A stretch of 45,129 nt of DNA, from positions 1 to 45,129 of the IMG/VR virus record IMGVR_UViG_3300043773_000874; one strand, 5' to 3'. This DNA comes from a virus (Duplodnaviria > Caudoviricetes). Shown in pieces: positions 33,501 to 42,388 of the stretch. A model generated the notes under the pieces. The model worked only from the letters and a program-made list of their open reading frames with translations. It did not search any database and was not told the DNA's origin. A program made the translations under genes and the position numbers. Position 1 is the stretch's first letter; each line of letters opens with the position of its first letter.

Positions 33501-36500
33501 CTTTATCTCCTGCAATCTATGGAGTTAGAGGGGCGCAACCTGTTGATCCTGCATTTAGTAGAAGGCTTGTTGAAAGAGAAAAACAGAACAGGGCCAAGGC
33601 TATGGGGCGCACCGCCCCCGAAGTAAGAGAATCCCGCAGGGAACCCACTCCCCTTACCCAACAAGACAGAGAGTATCTGGATGCGGTGGAAAGAGGAGAT
33701 TTGGATGCGGCGTCGAGGGCTGTAGAGCAAGCGGCTAAAAAGGCTGGATACACTATTAAGGCGTATCATGGAACAGATAAAAAATTTACCACATTTAAAA
33801 GTGAAGTTGGGGATGGTTTCTTTTTTGCCAACCGTCCAGTTAACAATCTTCCTCAAATTGTTTCATATTTGAAATTGTCAAATCCATTACGCATAAATGC
33901 AAACGGGGCACAATGGACTGATATTCAGTATGGTGACACAAAATATGATACAGGAGAACTTGCTGGAATCGCGATGGTTTCTGGATATGACGGGGTAATT
34001 ATTGAAAATGTTATTGAGGGCGGAGAAACATCTCCAGCAGATGTCACGATAGTTTTTAATCCTAATCAAATCAAGTCTGCCGCCCCCGTTACCCGCGATG
34101 ACCAAGGCAACGTCATCCCGCTTTCCCAACGCTTCCAGCCCACAGAAGAAGATATCAGGTATAAGAGGATTGAGATGCCGCGCCCTGCTGGCATGGAGAC
34201 CGAAGCAGTAGCAACAAAGCTGGAATCTTTGGGATTCGGGCGGGGTGGGATCGTGTCGGTGGTCAACGAGCCCGATGCTTCCTTTGAAGGCCGCACTATT
34301 ATCCGAGATGGGAAAGTAGTGGGCATAGAGCTAAACGCCGCAGCCCTGAAAGACGATGCTGCTGTAGAGCGAGTCCTTAACCATGAGATTGCCGAATCGG
34401 CCAATGCCGATGGAGCATTGAATACTTTGGTTGCTGGGTTGACCCCGAAAGAAAAAAAAGAAATCAACGATGCCATCACTAGGTTGGGCTACGCAGAGAA
34501 GGCTAGAACCGCCGAGGAAGCCGCCAGAGCCGTCGAGCTACTAGCCGAGGGATGGAGGGGAAGACGCTGGTTTGATCGCGCTGTAGCGCGTGTTGAGGCA
34601 TGGGCCAACAAGTTGGGCTACAAGCTTACCCGTCGAGCCGCTGAATACATTGCCGCCAGAAACATGGCGGAAGTAAATGAATCTTTCCGCAAGATGTCAA
34701 CCGCTGATGCTCTTGCAAATCTACGGGGCGCAAGGAAGGTCAACTTCAACGGACTCAGCGCCGTCTTGATTCCTCCGAGCGAGATGGAGTTTGCCTATTC
34801 TATCGCCGCCTACCATGGAACACCGCATGAAATCAAGGGAAGATTCCAGTTGGCAAAGATTGGAACTGGTGAAGGCGCAACTGTCTATGGATGGGGGCTT
34901 TACTTTGCCGAGAATATCGATGTCGCCCTTGAATACAAAAACAGACTAGCAAAAGAATTGAGATATGCTGGTTCTGAATTCGACAATAAAAACCCATCGC
35001 ATGTTGCGGCAGATAGGCTTGCTATGGGTAAATTTTATGGAAAGTCTCGCGAGGAAGTAATTCAAGAACTGGAAAATGATGTAGACTATTACGCAGATAA
35101 CGAAAACATACAAGCCCAGCAATGGAGCCAGCAGATAGTTCAAATTCTCAGATATAATAACGAAGCTAAAATAGAAAGGGTGGGGAATCTATACAGTGTT
35201 GATTTAGATGTTTCTGAAGATCAGTTGATGGATTGGGACAAGCCCCTGAGTGAACAAAATCCCGAAGTCCGTAAAAAGCTTGAGCCATTTCTTCCGCCAG
35301 CCTTACAGAATCCATTTGAGAAAAAAACTATACAAGAATTAATAGACGAAGATCCAACAATTCAATACGTCTACAGATATCTCGTAATGGAGGAAATGAA
35401 AAAGACCTCGTTTTTGGATATGTTCAGAGCATTATCCAAAGACGAAAGGGAATTCCGAGCAAAACAAAAAGTTTCCGAGGCGTTTAGGAGTGCTGGTATT
35501 ATTGGCATCCGATATCTTGATCAAGGAAGCAGATTCGCGCAGCCGAAAAAAACAGGATTCGGGTGGCTTGTGGATGACTATCGCGGATCAAACTATTTTA
35601 AAACCAAAGAAGAAGCAATTAAGTTTGCGGAAGAGGCTCAAACCAGAAACTACGTTATCTTTGATGAGGATGTGATCAGTATTACTGGGCGCAATGGCCA
35701 GCCTGTAGACATTCGCGAATCCCGCAGAGAAGACGCCATCCCCACCTTCTCCGAGGGAAGCCCCGAAGCATCTACTCTATCTACTATGGCAGCATCAATG
35801 GCCAAGGTGGATGCTGCGTCCGAGGCTAAAGGCCCGACCACCTACAAGATCAGCGAGATAGCCTCTGTTTGGATGGATCAAGGGGGAGATGCCCGCCAAC
35901 TCCAAGACATGGTAGTGGAGTATACCAACCTTACCCCAGCCAATGCCAAGAAGGTGGCCAATGCCATTGCCAAGCAATACGGATTGCAGCAGCAAATCGC
36001 GGAGACAGGTGCGGTGATTGCCGAGCCAGCCCCTGAAGTCGAGGGAGCGCCCCGCAAGACCAGTGTGCAGAGATTGATTGAGCAGGCTGTTCGGGTGCGG
36101 CGTCCTATCGTCAAGCTGGAGGTCAACGAGAAGACCGCGCTTAAAGACCAGATCCGCCTCAAGGCTCGCGAAGCCCGTGAGACCCGTAAAGCCCGCAAGG
36201 AAGCTGCAAGGGATCTGGCCGAAGCCGTGACTCAATACGTCAAGGACAACCAGATTCGCGGCCCCGTCCGCGCCCGCCAGACCATCTCCCTAGCCAAGCA
36301 AGCCTTGAAGCTGGATGTCAATAACGAGAAAGCCGTAGACCGCTACATCATGTATGTCGAGCGAGTGGTGGAGAATGCCAACTACGATAAAGATCTTTCG
36401 GACGCCAAGGCACTGCGTAAACGCGCCAAGGAGATGGCCAAGAAAAAGAATATCGGCCCCGAACAAAAGAAAGTCTTGGAGGCTATCGGAAATATCAATC

Positions 36501-39463
36501 CATCCTTGCTGGACAATCCCCACGAATACAATGTGTTGACTGAGAGGTATTTGCTTGGATTCCTTCCTGTCACCTCGCGCCGATACAGCGTCATGCCAGA
36601 TGCCGAAGCAAGGCAATACCTTGAGTCGCTAGAGGTGCAGATGACCCGCAACCAAGCTGAACTGGATCGCGCCGAGCTTGAGCGATTCTTTGAAGCACAA
36701 GCAGGATTTGCCGAGCAGCGCGGACTCTCTTTGGATGAAGCCCAGAATCTTCTCAACGAGGACGGGGATATCGCCACAATCATTCAAGACTATAACCTTG
36801 AGAAGCGTAAAGCCGCAGAGGAGATGCTGCTAAATCTGGCACAGAACGCGCAGAAGACGCTCAAGACCTACGATGATTCCGCAAACACGGCGCGGCAAAA
36901 GGAACTGATTTCATTCATGCAGAAGGTGAAGTTGGAAAGCATCACTTCTGACGAGAAGAAACGCTTTATCCGCTTTGCCAATAATATCTTGGCCAATGGA
37001 GAAACCTTCGGAGTTGAGCAGTTTGAGGCTGTGGCCAAAGCCCAAGAGAGACTAGTCGAGGCGGCGAAAGATAAGCGTTTGGCGCAAAAAATGAACGCAT
37101 GGATCGGGCCTTTGAGCGGCGGCTCGCCAGCAGAACTAGTTCAAAAACTTTCGCTTATCACGCAATCAGAGGTTGACACTCTCAAAAATATCTTTGGACG
37201 CGAGGCTGTTGGTGTCTTTCGCAGGGTTCTTGGATTGCTTGATCTGGATGTTGCTCAAACCGCATCTACTACAGCCAAAGAGAAAGTTGCAAACAAGGTC
37301 GGTGACTTTTACAAAAAACTCAAAAAGAAATACGGAGAAGAATCTGTTGGTCGGGAGTCCAACATCTTTACCACAGCAGCAGCCTATTTTATACAGGCGG
37401 AAGGGAACAAAACCCAAGAAGAGTCCATTGCTTATCGCCGCCGTCTTTGGACGGAGAACATCGAAGAACTCCGCAAAAGCGAGCGCAGGGAAGACCGAGA
37501 GGAAGCCGAAATAAAACAGCGGGCACTTGATTCTATTACTGGCAATAGCAACGCCGAGATATTGGATTCATTGAGATCAATCAATCCAGCAGCTTACGAG
37601 CAATTGATGTGGTGGAAGGATCAGATGCATCCTGAATACAAGCCTTTCCTCAAAGACCACGTTGAGAACTTCCGTAACCAAGCCAACAACTACGACAACG
37701 TCGATTACCTTTCGATTCACTACAAGTGGGATCAGTCGCCAGAGCTTCCTTCTGATCTTGAAATTCAAGAATTTGACGATCCTGTTTCGTTTAGAATCAA
37801 ACAAGCCGCAAATTCCGTAAAACGCAAAGACCATCCAAGCCTCCCCGTTAATCCAAAAACTAGGGTCAAAGCAAACATCGATGTCAACTTTGGCTATAAT
37901 CAATATAACGCGCTTACCGAACAAATAGAAAAGGCATACACTGCTCCAGCTTGGGAAGCCGTATCCGCATTTGTGCGAGATCCGCTTTTTGAACAGGTTG
38001 TTGGAGGAAAAACAAATGCTGATTTTGTTAAAAACATATTGCGGAACATCAAAGCAACGCGCACCCGCAAGGCTATGCTTGATGATGAAAATCAGATCAT
38101 CGGTGGAACCGTTGCTCTCACCAGAAGGATCTCAACACAAGCAACGCTAGGTGGATTTACTCAGCCCCTTAGACAGGTTCCCGACCAGTTGTTCAAGCTA
38201 TTCGCTACAACAGGAAGGTGGGATCTTATTTCTAGAAATATAGTTGATTCATTGTTGAATTACTCTTCTGTGAGGAACAATCCCCTTCTCAATAAATTGC
38301 CTATCGGTCGCCGTGGAGATGCTAGGGCTGGATCTCAGTTTGCTGCCGAGTTCAACGAACTTGCCCGAAAAGTTGAGGCATCTGTGACCAACAAGCAATG
38401 GACAAGATACAAGGAACTTATGACCCAAATGGGAGAGTTCTGGATGACGCCTCTTCGCGGGTCAGATACTTGGATCGCCAAAGTTTCTTGGATGAGCTAC
38501 TACGAAGCCGAGCTAAACAAACGGGATATCAAAATGGAAAGCTGGGAGCGGGAGGCCGAACTATTTGAAATCGACCCCGCTAGACAGGAAGCGGCGGCAC
38601 AGGCCGAATATCTGGTGGACTTCTATGCTGGAGCCAGTGATCCGACCAAGATGGCAGCACTATCCAAACAAGGAAACAATGGATGGCGTGAGTTTTCCAA
38701 GCTTATCTTTTTGTCCCTTAACTCGTTCGCACTACAACAAAAGTCTGCACTTATGTCTGACTTTCGCGATCTTATTCTTCGTTCTGGTAGCAGACAAGCC
38801 GCTCTTGCTGGAATAACTGGAGCAATTGGCGGCATGGTTGCCTTCCACGGTATGAGGATCTTTATTATTGGCGGTCTTCTCTATCCAGCAGCTATGATGG
38901 TTCTCAAGGGAATCTTCGGAATCGACATGGATGAACCCGACGAAGAAGAGCAGGAGAAACAACTCAAAGACAACTGGCGCAAGATGAAAGCCTCAATCTA
39001 CTCAAACATTGTGGCTGGTGGCGCGGGGCAGTTCCTTGAGGGCAAGTCAATCGACGCATTCAATAGAACCATGTATCTCTGGGACGCCCACATCAACCCC
39101 GATGAGATGATGGATGATAAGGGAGAGTTTATATCTTTCAGCAAATACGAGAAAGAAAAGTCTCCGTTCTACCGATTCCGCAGCTACGACAAATCCGAAT
39201 TCACTTTTGGTTTGGCGGATGTTTTGACCGAGCAAGCGCAGAGAAGCGTTGATCAAACGGCGCAGCTTCTCAGTGATGAAGAAATGAGCGTGTATACTGG
39301 CAATGAACAAGCCTATGCCTTATTTGCTACTGGCGTCGAGTGGGCTTACTTCTTCAGACTAATGGACACCGATCTCAAGCGTATAACGACTAAGCTGAAG
39401 AACGATATCGACAAGCAAGCCAAGGAGCGCGAGGCAGAACTCCGCGCCATCCGAAATCGTTAA
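30545..39463 (+). CDS. Giant (2972 aa) polyvalent virion/ejection protein: ParB-like, zincin metallopeptidase and two ADP-ribosyltransferase-like domains
   Basis: FDPD.YL x3; Gly/Ala hydrophobic segments; DGYHR (32081); HEFGH (33104) with downstream EWFAQ; AYHGT..GFFF..GYDG..QIKS (33761); AYHGT..GEG..YGWGLYF..NYVIFD (34808). Confidence 0.85.
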   Translation: MAFDPDEYLNEKGSPSTATTEFDPDAYLSEPDSEQEPEFDPDAYLAEPPPVGTSLFEEITQIPQAIKQSIGQPLEAMGETAEVLGAPDLGATLRGAIEEPKEYVPAAQRFMQPQEGEFQIGGFAPQFLPRAIVEQAGQLAGAIGMRAAGAAVGGLTGSVVGPKGTVAGAVAGSFLGPALFEMSQIVGPVARERAANQGREQPNGDDLGWAWATAGASGALNAIGARYLPNGDKLAGGLAKRISQSFLGEGIPEGGQAAVQQIGETFLTEQGLDLRPKEIAGEAIIGGGAGAAAVGVAEPFTKAKQAAETKVVAEQAAPIAPETAQVVSEQANQVINEAQVEETAETPEQRVTRLQEEATAAAGIELEEEGEVGVEPPVAITPPVAPTPEGAVAPVEPVVEPVVAEPQPAAEVAPERRDEEYTSSVEAGNTERAKQLVDEAFVAASTPETTDSVFERHKDYKMMGLTFEEIVQNPEALREEDQDDYNTVMYWVSQIQQGNTPTVVADDNGILWDGYHRLLASKIANAESVNVFKSTKEQTTDEATKAVVRDKDGNIIPLSQRFPPAAPAVTPPAEVAPEVAPPPNLEPLRRVARAEQTEEDVSGLVGQGLVELYNGQPVITQAGLEALPEAERPRLNPEARKIQIDTGSNEVVAEAIAKGLRIGVDQVGTGVRMPAGWTLVEDIYVPPKKMEKIDLSDVEALAEVDENSDIFAEIIRKKDEAKAAVVQKPEGSAFANQEEFRAAFDLRGEGHGRFATRLDLMVADGAITSEGQDLIMAVIFDNKTNDEFLANMEMGSLRPRVSRAYGRGGASRQTVETIRGKAIGYKPSLRMMQNARKGLQIDEQTAETLSTFWHEFGHAGYYSLLDKAQKSKIASVYNKTTQTQRKKFFESGVAAARQADFYSRYYAKSESEWFAQSFAEYVLTKKSEQKALVPIFESILNKVKNIFGKLFSRKEGTPELEDIFEYIIQGKDYGSTKIWWNGMQMSLSPAIYGVRGAQPVDPAFSRRLVEREKQNRAKAMGRTAPEVRESRREPTPLTQQDREYLDAVERGDLDAASRAVEQAAKKAGYTIKAYHGTDKKFTTFKSEVGDGFFFANRPVNNLPQIVSYLKLSNPLRINANGAQWTDIQYGDTKYDTGELAGIAMVSGYDGVIIENVIEGGETSPADVTIVFNPNQIKSAAPVTRDDQGNVIPLSQRFQPTEEDIRYKRIEMPRPAGMETEAVATKLESLGFGRGGIVSVVNEPDASFEGRTIIRDGKVVGIELNAAALKDDAAVERVLNHEIAESANADGALNTLVAGLTPKEKKEINDAITRLGYAEKARTAEEAARAVELLAEGWRGRRWFDRAVARVEAWANKLGYKLTRRAAEYIAARNMAEVNESFRKMSTADALANLRGARKVNFNGLSAVLIPPSEMEFAYSIAAYHGTPHEIKGRFQLAKIGTGEGATVYGWGLYFAENIDVALEYKNRLAKELRYAGSEFDNKNPSHVAADRLAMGKFYGKSREEVIQELENDVDYYADNENIQAQQWSQQIVQILRYNNEAKIERVGNLYSVDLDVSEDQLMDWDKPLSEQNPEVRKKLEPFLPPALQNPFEKKTIQELIDEDPTIQYVYRYLVMEEMKKTSFLDMFRALSKDEREFRAKQKVSEAFRSAGIIGIRYLDQGSRFAQPKKTGFGWLVDDYRGSNYFKTKEEAIKFAEEAQTRNYVIFDEDVISITGRNGQPVDIRESRREDAIPTFSEGSPEASTLSTMAASMAKVDAASEAKGPTTYKISEIASVWMDQGGDARQLQDMVVEYTNLTPANAKKVANAIAKQYGLQQQIAETGAVIAEPAPEVEGAPRKTSVQRLIEQAVRVRRPIVKLEVNEKTALKDQIRLKAREARETRKARKEAARDLAEAVTQYVKDNQIRGPVRARQTISLAKQALKLDVNNEKAVDRYIMYVERVVENANYDKDLSDAKALRKRAKEMAKKKNIGPEQKKVLEAIGNINPSLLDNPHEYNVLTERYLLGFLPVTSRRYSVMPDAEARQYLESLEVQMTRNQAELDRAELERFFEAQAGFAEQRGLSLDEAQNLLNEDGDIATIIQDYNLEKRKAAEEMLLNLAQNAQKTLKTYDDSANTARQKELISFMQKVKLESITSDEKKRFIRFANNILANGETFGVEQFEAVAKAQERLVEAAKDKRLAQKMNAWIGPLSGGSPAELVQKLSLITQSEVDTLKNIFGREAVGVFRRVLGLLDLDVAQTASTTAKEKVANKVGDFYKKLKKKYGEESVGRESNIFTTAAAYFIQAEGNKTQEESIAYRRRLWTENIEELRKSERREDREEAEIKQRALDSITGNSNAEILDSLRSINPAAYEQLMWWKDQMHPEYKPFLKDHVENFRNQANNYDNVDYLSIHYKWDQSPELPSDLEIQEFDDPVSFRIKQAANSVKRKDHPSLPVNPKTRVKANIDVNFGYNQYNALTEQIEKAYTAPAWEAVSAFVRDPLFEQVVGGKTNADFVKNILRNIKATRTRKAMLDDENQIIGGTVALTRRISTQATLGGFTQPLRQVPDQLFKLFATTGRWDLISRNIVDSLLNYSSVRNNPLLNKLPIGRRGDARAGSQFAAEFNELARKVEASVTNKQWTRYKELMTQMGEFWMTPLRGSDTWIAKVSWMSYYEAELNKRDIKMESWEREAELFEIDPARQEAAAQAEYLVDFYAGASDPTKMAALSKQGNNGWREFSKLIFLSLNSFALQQKSALMSDFRDLILRSGSRQAALAGITGAIGGMVAFHGMRIFIIGGLLYPAAMMVLKGIFGIDMDEPDEEEQEKQLKDNWRKMKASIYSNIVAGGAGQFLEGKSIDAFNRTMYLWDAHINPDEMMDDKGEFISFSKYEKEKSPFYRFRSYDKSEFTFGLADVLTEQAQRSVDQTAQLLSDEEMSVYTGNEQAYALFATGVEWAYFFRLMDTDLKRITTKLKNDIDKQAKEREAELRAIRNR

Positions 39464-39469
39464 TGAGAA

Positions 39470-40048
39470 ATGAACGGGAGAATCGTAGTATCCCATCATT
39501 CTTCTTTAGATTTCTTGGATCTTTCGGGCGACCTTTGGGTCTACAATAAATCTGGAAAGCCAGTAAACAGAGTTACTGATATTCCGATAGCCAATGATGG
39601 GCGCGAAGGATCAGTATACATCCTCCACATTCTAGAGAACTATGACAATCTAGCAGATAAAACCATCTTCATTCAGGATGATTTGCATAATCACCAGCCA
39701 TCGATTGATAAATTTATTGAACATGCCGAACAAGATGTCGACTTCTACCAATTCCCATGCACTTGGAGGAAAGACAACCCGACATTTCACAAAAGGGAAA
39801 TCGTCAATGGATTCATTGATCTTCCAACCATCCGAAACAAAGAGGCTATTGTGGATTTCTGCTGGAGATTTAATTTGACCCTTCCATACCGCTACGAGAC
39901 CGAAACTTGCTGCTTTTTCATGGCATCAAGAGATGTATTGCGGTCTGTGACTAAAGAGAAATACAAGCTTATTGCTTCTTGGTTGCGGGAAAATCCCGAC
40001 AACGAATTTGTCTTTGAGCATTGCCACAAGCTATTATTCATCAAATGA
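39470..40048 (+). CDS. DUF3431-like putative glycan-modifying enzyme
   Basis: N.GRE..VY..HI.ENYD.LAD.TIF.Q; VFEH near the C-terminus. Confidence 0.75.
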   Translation: MNGRIVVSHHSSLDFLDLSGDLWVYNKSGKPVNRVTDIPIANDGREGSVYILHILENYDNLADKTIFIQDDLHNHQPSIDKFIEHAEQDVDFYQFPCTWRKDNPTFHKREIVNGFIDLPTIRNKEAIVDFCWRFNLTLPYRYETETCCFFMASRDVLRSVTKEKYKLIASWLRENPDNEFVFEHCHKLLFIK

Positions 40049-40686
40049 AAAAGAAAAGCGGATTTGCATTCAATAAACCAGTTGGTCTTGGCAACCAATT
40101 GGTAGTTCTATACCATGTATTCAATACTTATCCCGAAGTAGAGGATCTATACTTCCCATGTATGGATAGTTGCCGCCACTACTTCAACTCTGACAAGTTT
40201 CGATGCGGAGAATACTACCATAAAAACATGGATAAATTCCGCCTCATAGAGTGGGAGGAAACCAAGGATGCTGGCAATTTGTTGAGGTTTACTGAGCTAG
40301 ATTTAAAGCCAGAATACCAAGACAAGATCAAGTCAATGGTAGATAGCTTTGGTAATCGGGATTTGGTGGCCGTCCATATGCGCCACGGGGACTACGATCA
40401 CTGGAATGACGGAAAGTTCTACTTCACCAAAGACCAATACATGGAGAAGGCAAGGCAATCCATCGAATTATGGGGCTTAGAAAATCCCGCCATTGTGGTT
40501 TTCTCCAATGATCGCAAGGATGGGTGCGCGGTTTCTTGGGATTTGACGGGCGGAGACGGGGTGCTGGATTTGTTCCTGATGTCCCACTTCAATTACTTTA
40601 TCAGAACATTCTCTACGTTTTCTGGGGTGGCCTCCAGACTCAGCCAGAACCGAGGATTGTTTAAGGGAGAAGTTGTCTTACAGTAG
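40045..40686 (+). CDS. GT11-like alpha-1,2-fucosyltransferase homologue
   Basis: GLGNQL, VAVHMRHGDY, FSND, DLFLMS...STFS; ATG at 40045 (ATGA overlap). Confidence 0.8.
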   Translation: MKKKSGFAFNKPVGLGNQLVVLYHVFNTYPEVEDLYFPCMDSCRHYFNSDKFRCGEYYHKNMDKFRLIEWEETKDAGNLLRFTELDLKPEYQDKIKSMVDSFGNRDLVAVHMRHGDYDHWNDGKFYFTKDQYMEKARQSIELWGLENPAIVVFSNDRKDGCAVSWDLTGGDGVLDLFLMSHFNYFIRTFSTFSGVASRLSQNRGLFKGEVVLQ

Positions 40687-41322
40687 TCCTCGCTTCTTGG
40701 CCTCGTCCAGTTCTTCCTGAGTCCATTGCTGGGCATACCAGACTTCAGCATCCCAAGGTAGCGGTCTCATGCGGTCAACCCCAAAAGAGATCCTTCCGTA
40801 GTTGTTGGGGCTATTCTCTTCCAACTTCACAAACTTATCCTCTGGCAGCATGTCCTTGTCATGGGGGAGGAACAGGTAGCCCCGCAAGAAATCCAGAATG
40901 AAACTGTGGCGGATAAGGAAGGTTGATTGGGCGCAACTCATCCAAGGTGCAGTATCCATCTTCGCCCCAAAGACCATGCCCCTGTCACCAAGATCCTCGT
41001 ACATCTTTTCAGGAACCCAACCGAACCACAGGCAGTCTGCTTCTTTGTAAATGAAATCTCTTCCACAGTTGTAGGCAATCATAGCCAGCGCACAGACAGA
41101 GGCCGACCAGCCACACAACCCTTCGCGACCCTCTTTGATAAGGTCTCCGACATGGCCAACGTTGTTATCCAAAAAGATATCCCCCTCTAATCCGCTAGTG
41201 TAGTCCGTGGACATGATATAGTAGTTGTTGGAATACCTTTCGGTGTTGGTCTTCCAAACCCCAAGCATCATCTCGTCCCAATCGCAGCGCCGATGGTAGC
41301 CCGAACCAATGATGTAATTCAT
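40678..41322 (-). CDS. Nucleotide-diphospho-sugar transferase-like (GT-A) protein
   Basis: DFIYKEADCLW acidic metal-binding motif; start at 41322 by ATGA overlap. Confidence 0.55.
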   Translation of the reverse strand: MNYIIGSGYHRRCDWDEMMLGVWKTNTERYSNNYYIMSTDYTSGLEGDIFLDNNVGHVGDLIKEGREGLCGWSASVCALAMIAYNCGRDFIYKEADCLWFGWVPEKMYEDLGDRGMVFGAKMDTAPWMSCAQSTFLIRHSFILDFLRGYLFLPHDKDMLPEDKFVKLEENSPNNYGRISFGVDRMRPLPWDAEVWYAQQWTQEELDEAKKRGLL

Positions 41323-41882
41323 TTCTTGCGGTAGATGGATAGGGTGGGCTTTATCCAACGCGCCGTAGCAATAAACCTCAAGTCCCGCGAGAAGTCTTCC
41401 ATCCATTGATATCCCCAGAATTCAAAGATATCATTCCAGTAGGATTGTGGTTGGCAATTAACATGGTGGTGACCGCCCGTAGACCATTGCGGTTCCGAGT
41501 AGGTCATGGCCACGATCTGGGCAGAGTTGAAGGTAGCCATGTAGTTGTTCACATACTGTTGTTCAACGTGTTCAACAAACTCACATGACCAAGCAAGATC
41601 AAAAGATCTATTTGGTTTGTATGGGCCTTGGGTGTAGTCATGGATCATTATCTTGTCCTTAACAGGGCTATGCTCAAGAGCCTTGTAAGATCCCTCAATC
41701 CCGATAGCGTCCACTCCATTGTCCATGAACCACTTGATTGCATGACCCTCGCCGCACCCAATATCAATTAGGTTTTTGGGCTGGAAGGTATCGATTAGTT
41801 TTTGCCATACGATTGGATCGTAAGTATCTGGGTCGCCGCCTTGAACAAACCCTCCGAGGTGGCCGTCTTGTACGAGAATCAT
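41319..41882 (-). CDS. Class I SAM-dependent methyltransferase
   Basis: IDIGCGEG, FDLAWSCEFVEHV, GHHHVNCQ. Confidence 0.85.
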   Translation of the reverse strand: MILVQDGHLGGFVQGGDPDTYDPIVWQKLIDTFQPKNLIDIGCGEGHAIKWFMDNGVDAIGIEGSYKALEHSPVKDKIMIHDYTQGPYKPNRSFDLAWSCEFVEHVEQQYVNNYMATFNSAQIVAMTYSEPQWSTGGHHHVNCQPQSYWNDIFEFWGYQWMEDFSRDLRFIATARWIKPTLSIYRKK

Positions 41883-42388
41883 TTAATTGCCTCCATAATA
41901 ATGGTTTCGATTTCGTTATTGTGATCACCAATTACTTTTCCATGGCCTTCCAACTCACTAAATCCGCAGCCACAAATCTTATCTGGATCAAATCCAGCAG
42001 CAAAGAAACAAGCTTCAAGAATCGAATGATTCCAAGCCGAGAGATGGCCGTGATCCAATAGGATAGACTGAACAGCTTTTCGTTTCGATCCATCCCCGAA
42101 TCCAGATTGCCCGTGCCATTTGAGATACGGCCCGTCTGCCAAATCGTAGATCTTGTCTACGCTAGGAACTGCAATCCGTAGTATCCCATCTGGTTTTAGG
42201 ATTCGGTAGGATTCAGTGAAAAACCTCACGGCATCAGGGGTTGTGGTATGCTCGACCACATGCTCCGCAAAGATAAAATCAATTGAATTGTCTTTATATG
42301 GAAGGGGTTTGGTAATGTCCAGATCCGCATCATGGTTCTCCCAGCCAGCCAGAATATTCCCGCCGCAACCTAAGTTTAGTTTTCTCAT
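41879..42388 (-). CDS. Class I SAM-dependent methyltransferase (type 11-like)
   Basis: LNLGCG, LPY.DNS.D.IF.EHV.EH, RILKP.G.LRIAVP. Confidence 0.85.
   Translation of the reverse strand: MRKLNLGCGGNILAGWENHDADLDITKPLPYKDNSIDFIFAEHVVEHTTTPDAVRFFTESYRILKPDGILRIAVPSVDKIYDLADGPYLKWHGQSGFGDGSKRKAVQSILLDHGHLSAWNHSILEACFFAAGFDPDKICGCGFSELEGHGKVIGDHNNEIETIIMEAIK

Noticed and set aside
41319-42388. Methyltransferases as DNA (restriction-modification) methylases
   Set aside because: No DPPY/NPPY or PC catalytic motifs; they resemble small-molecule/sugar O-methyltransferases of glycan loci
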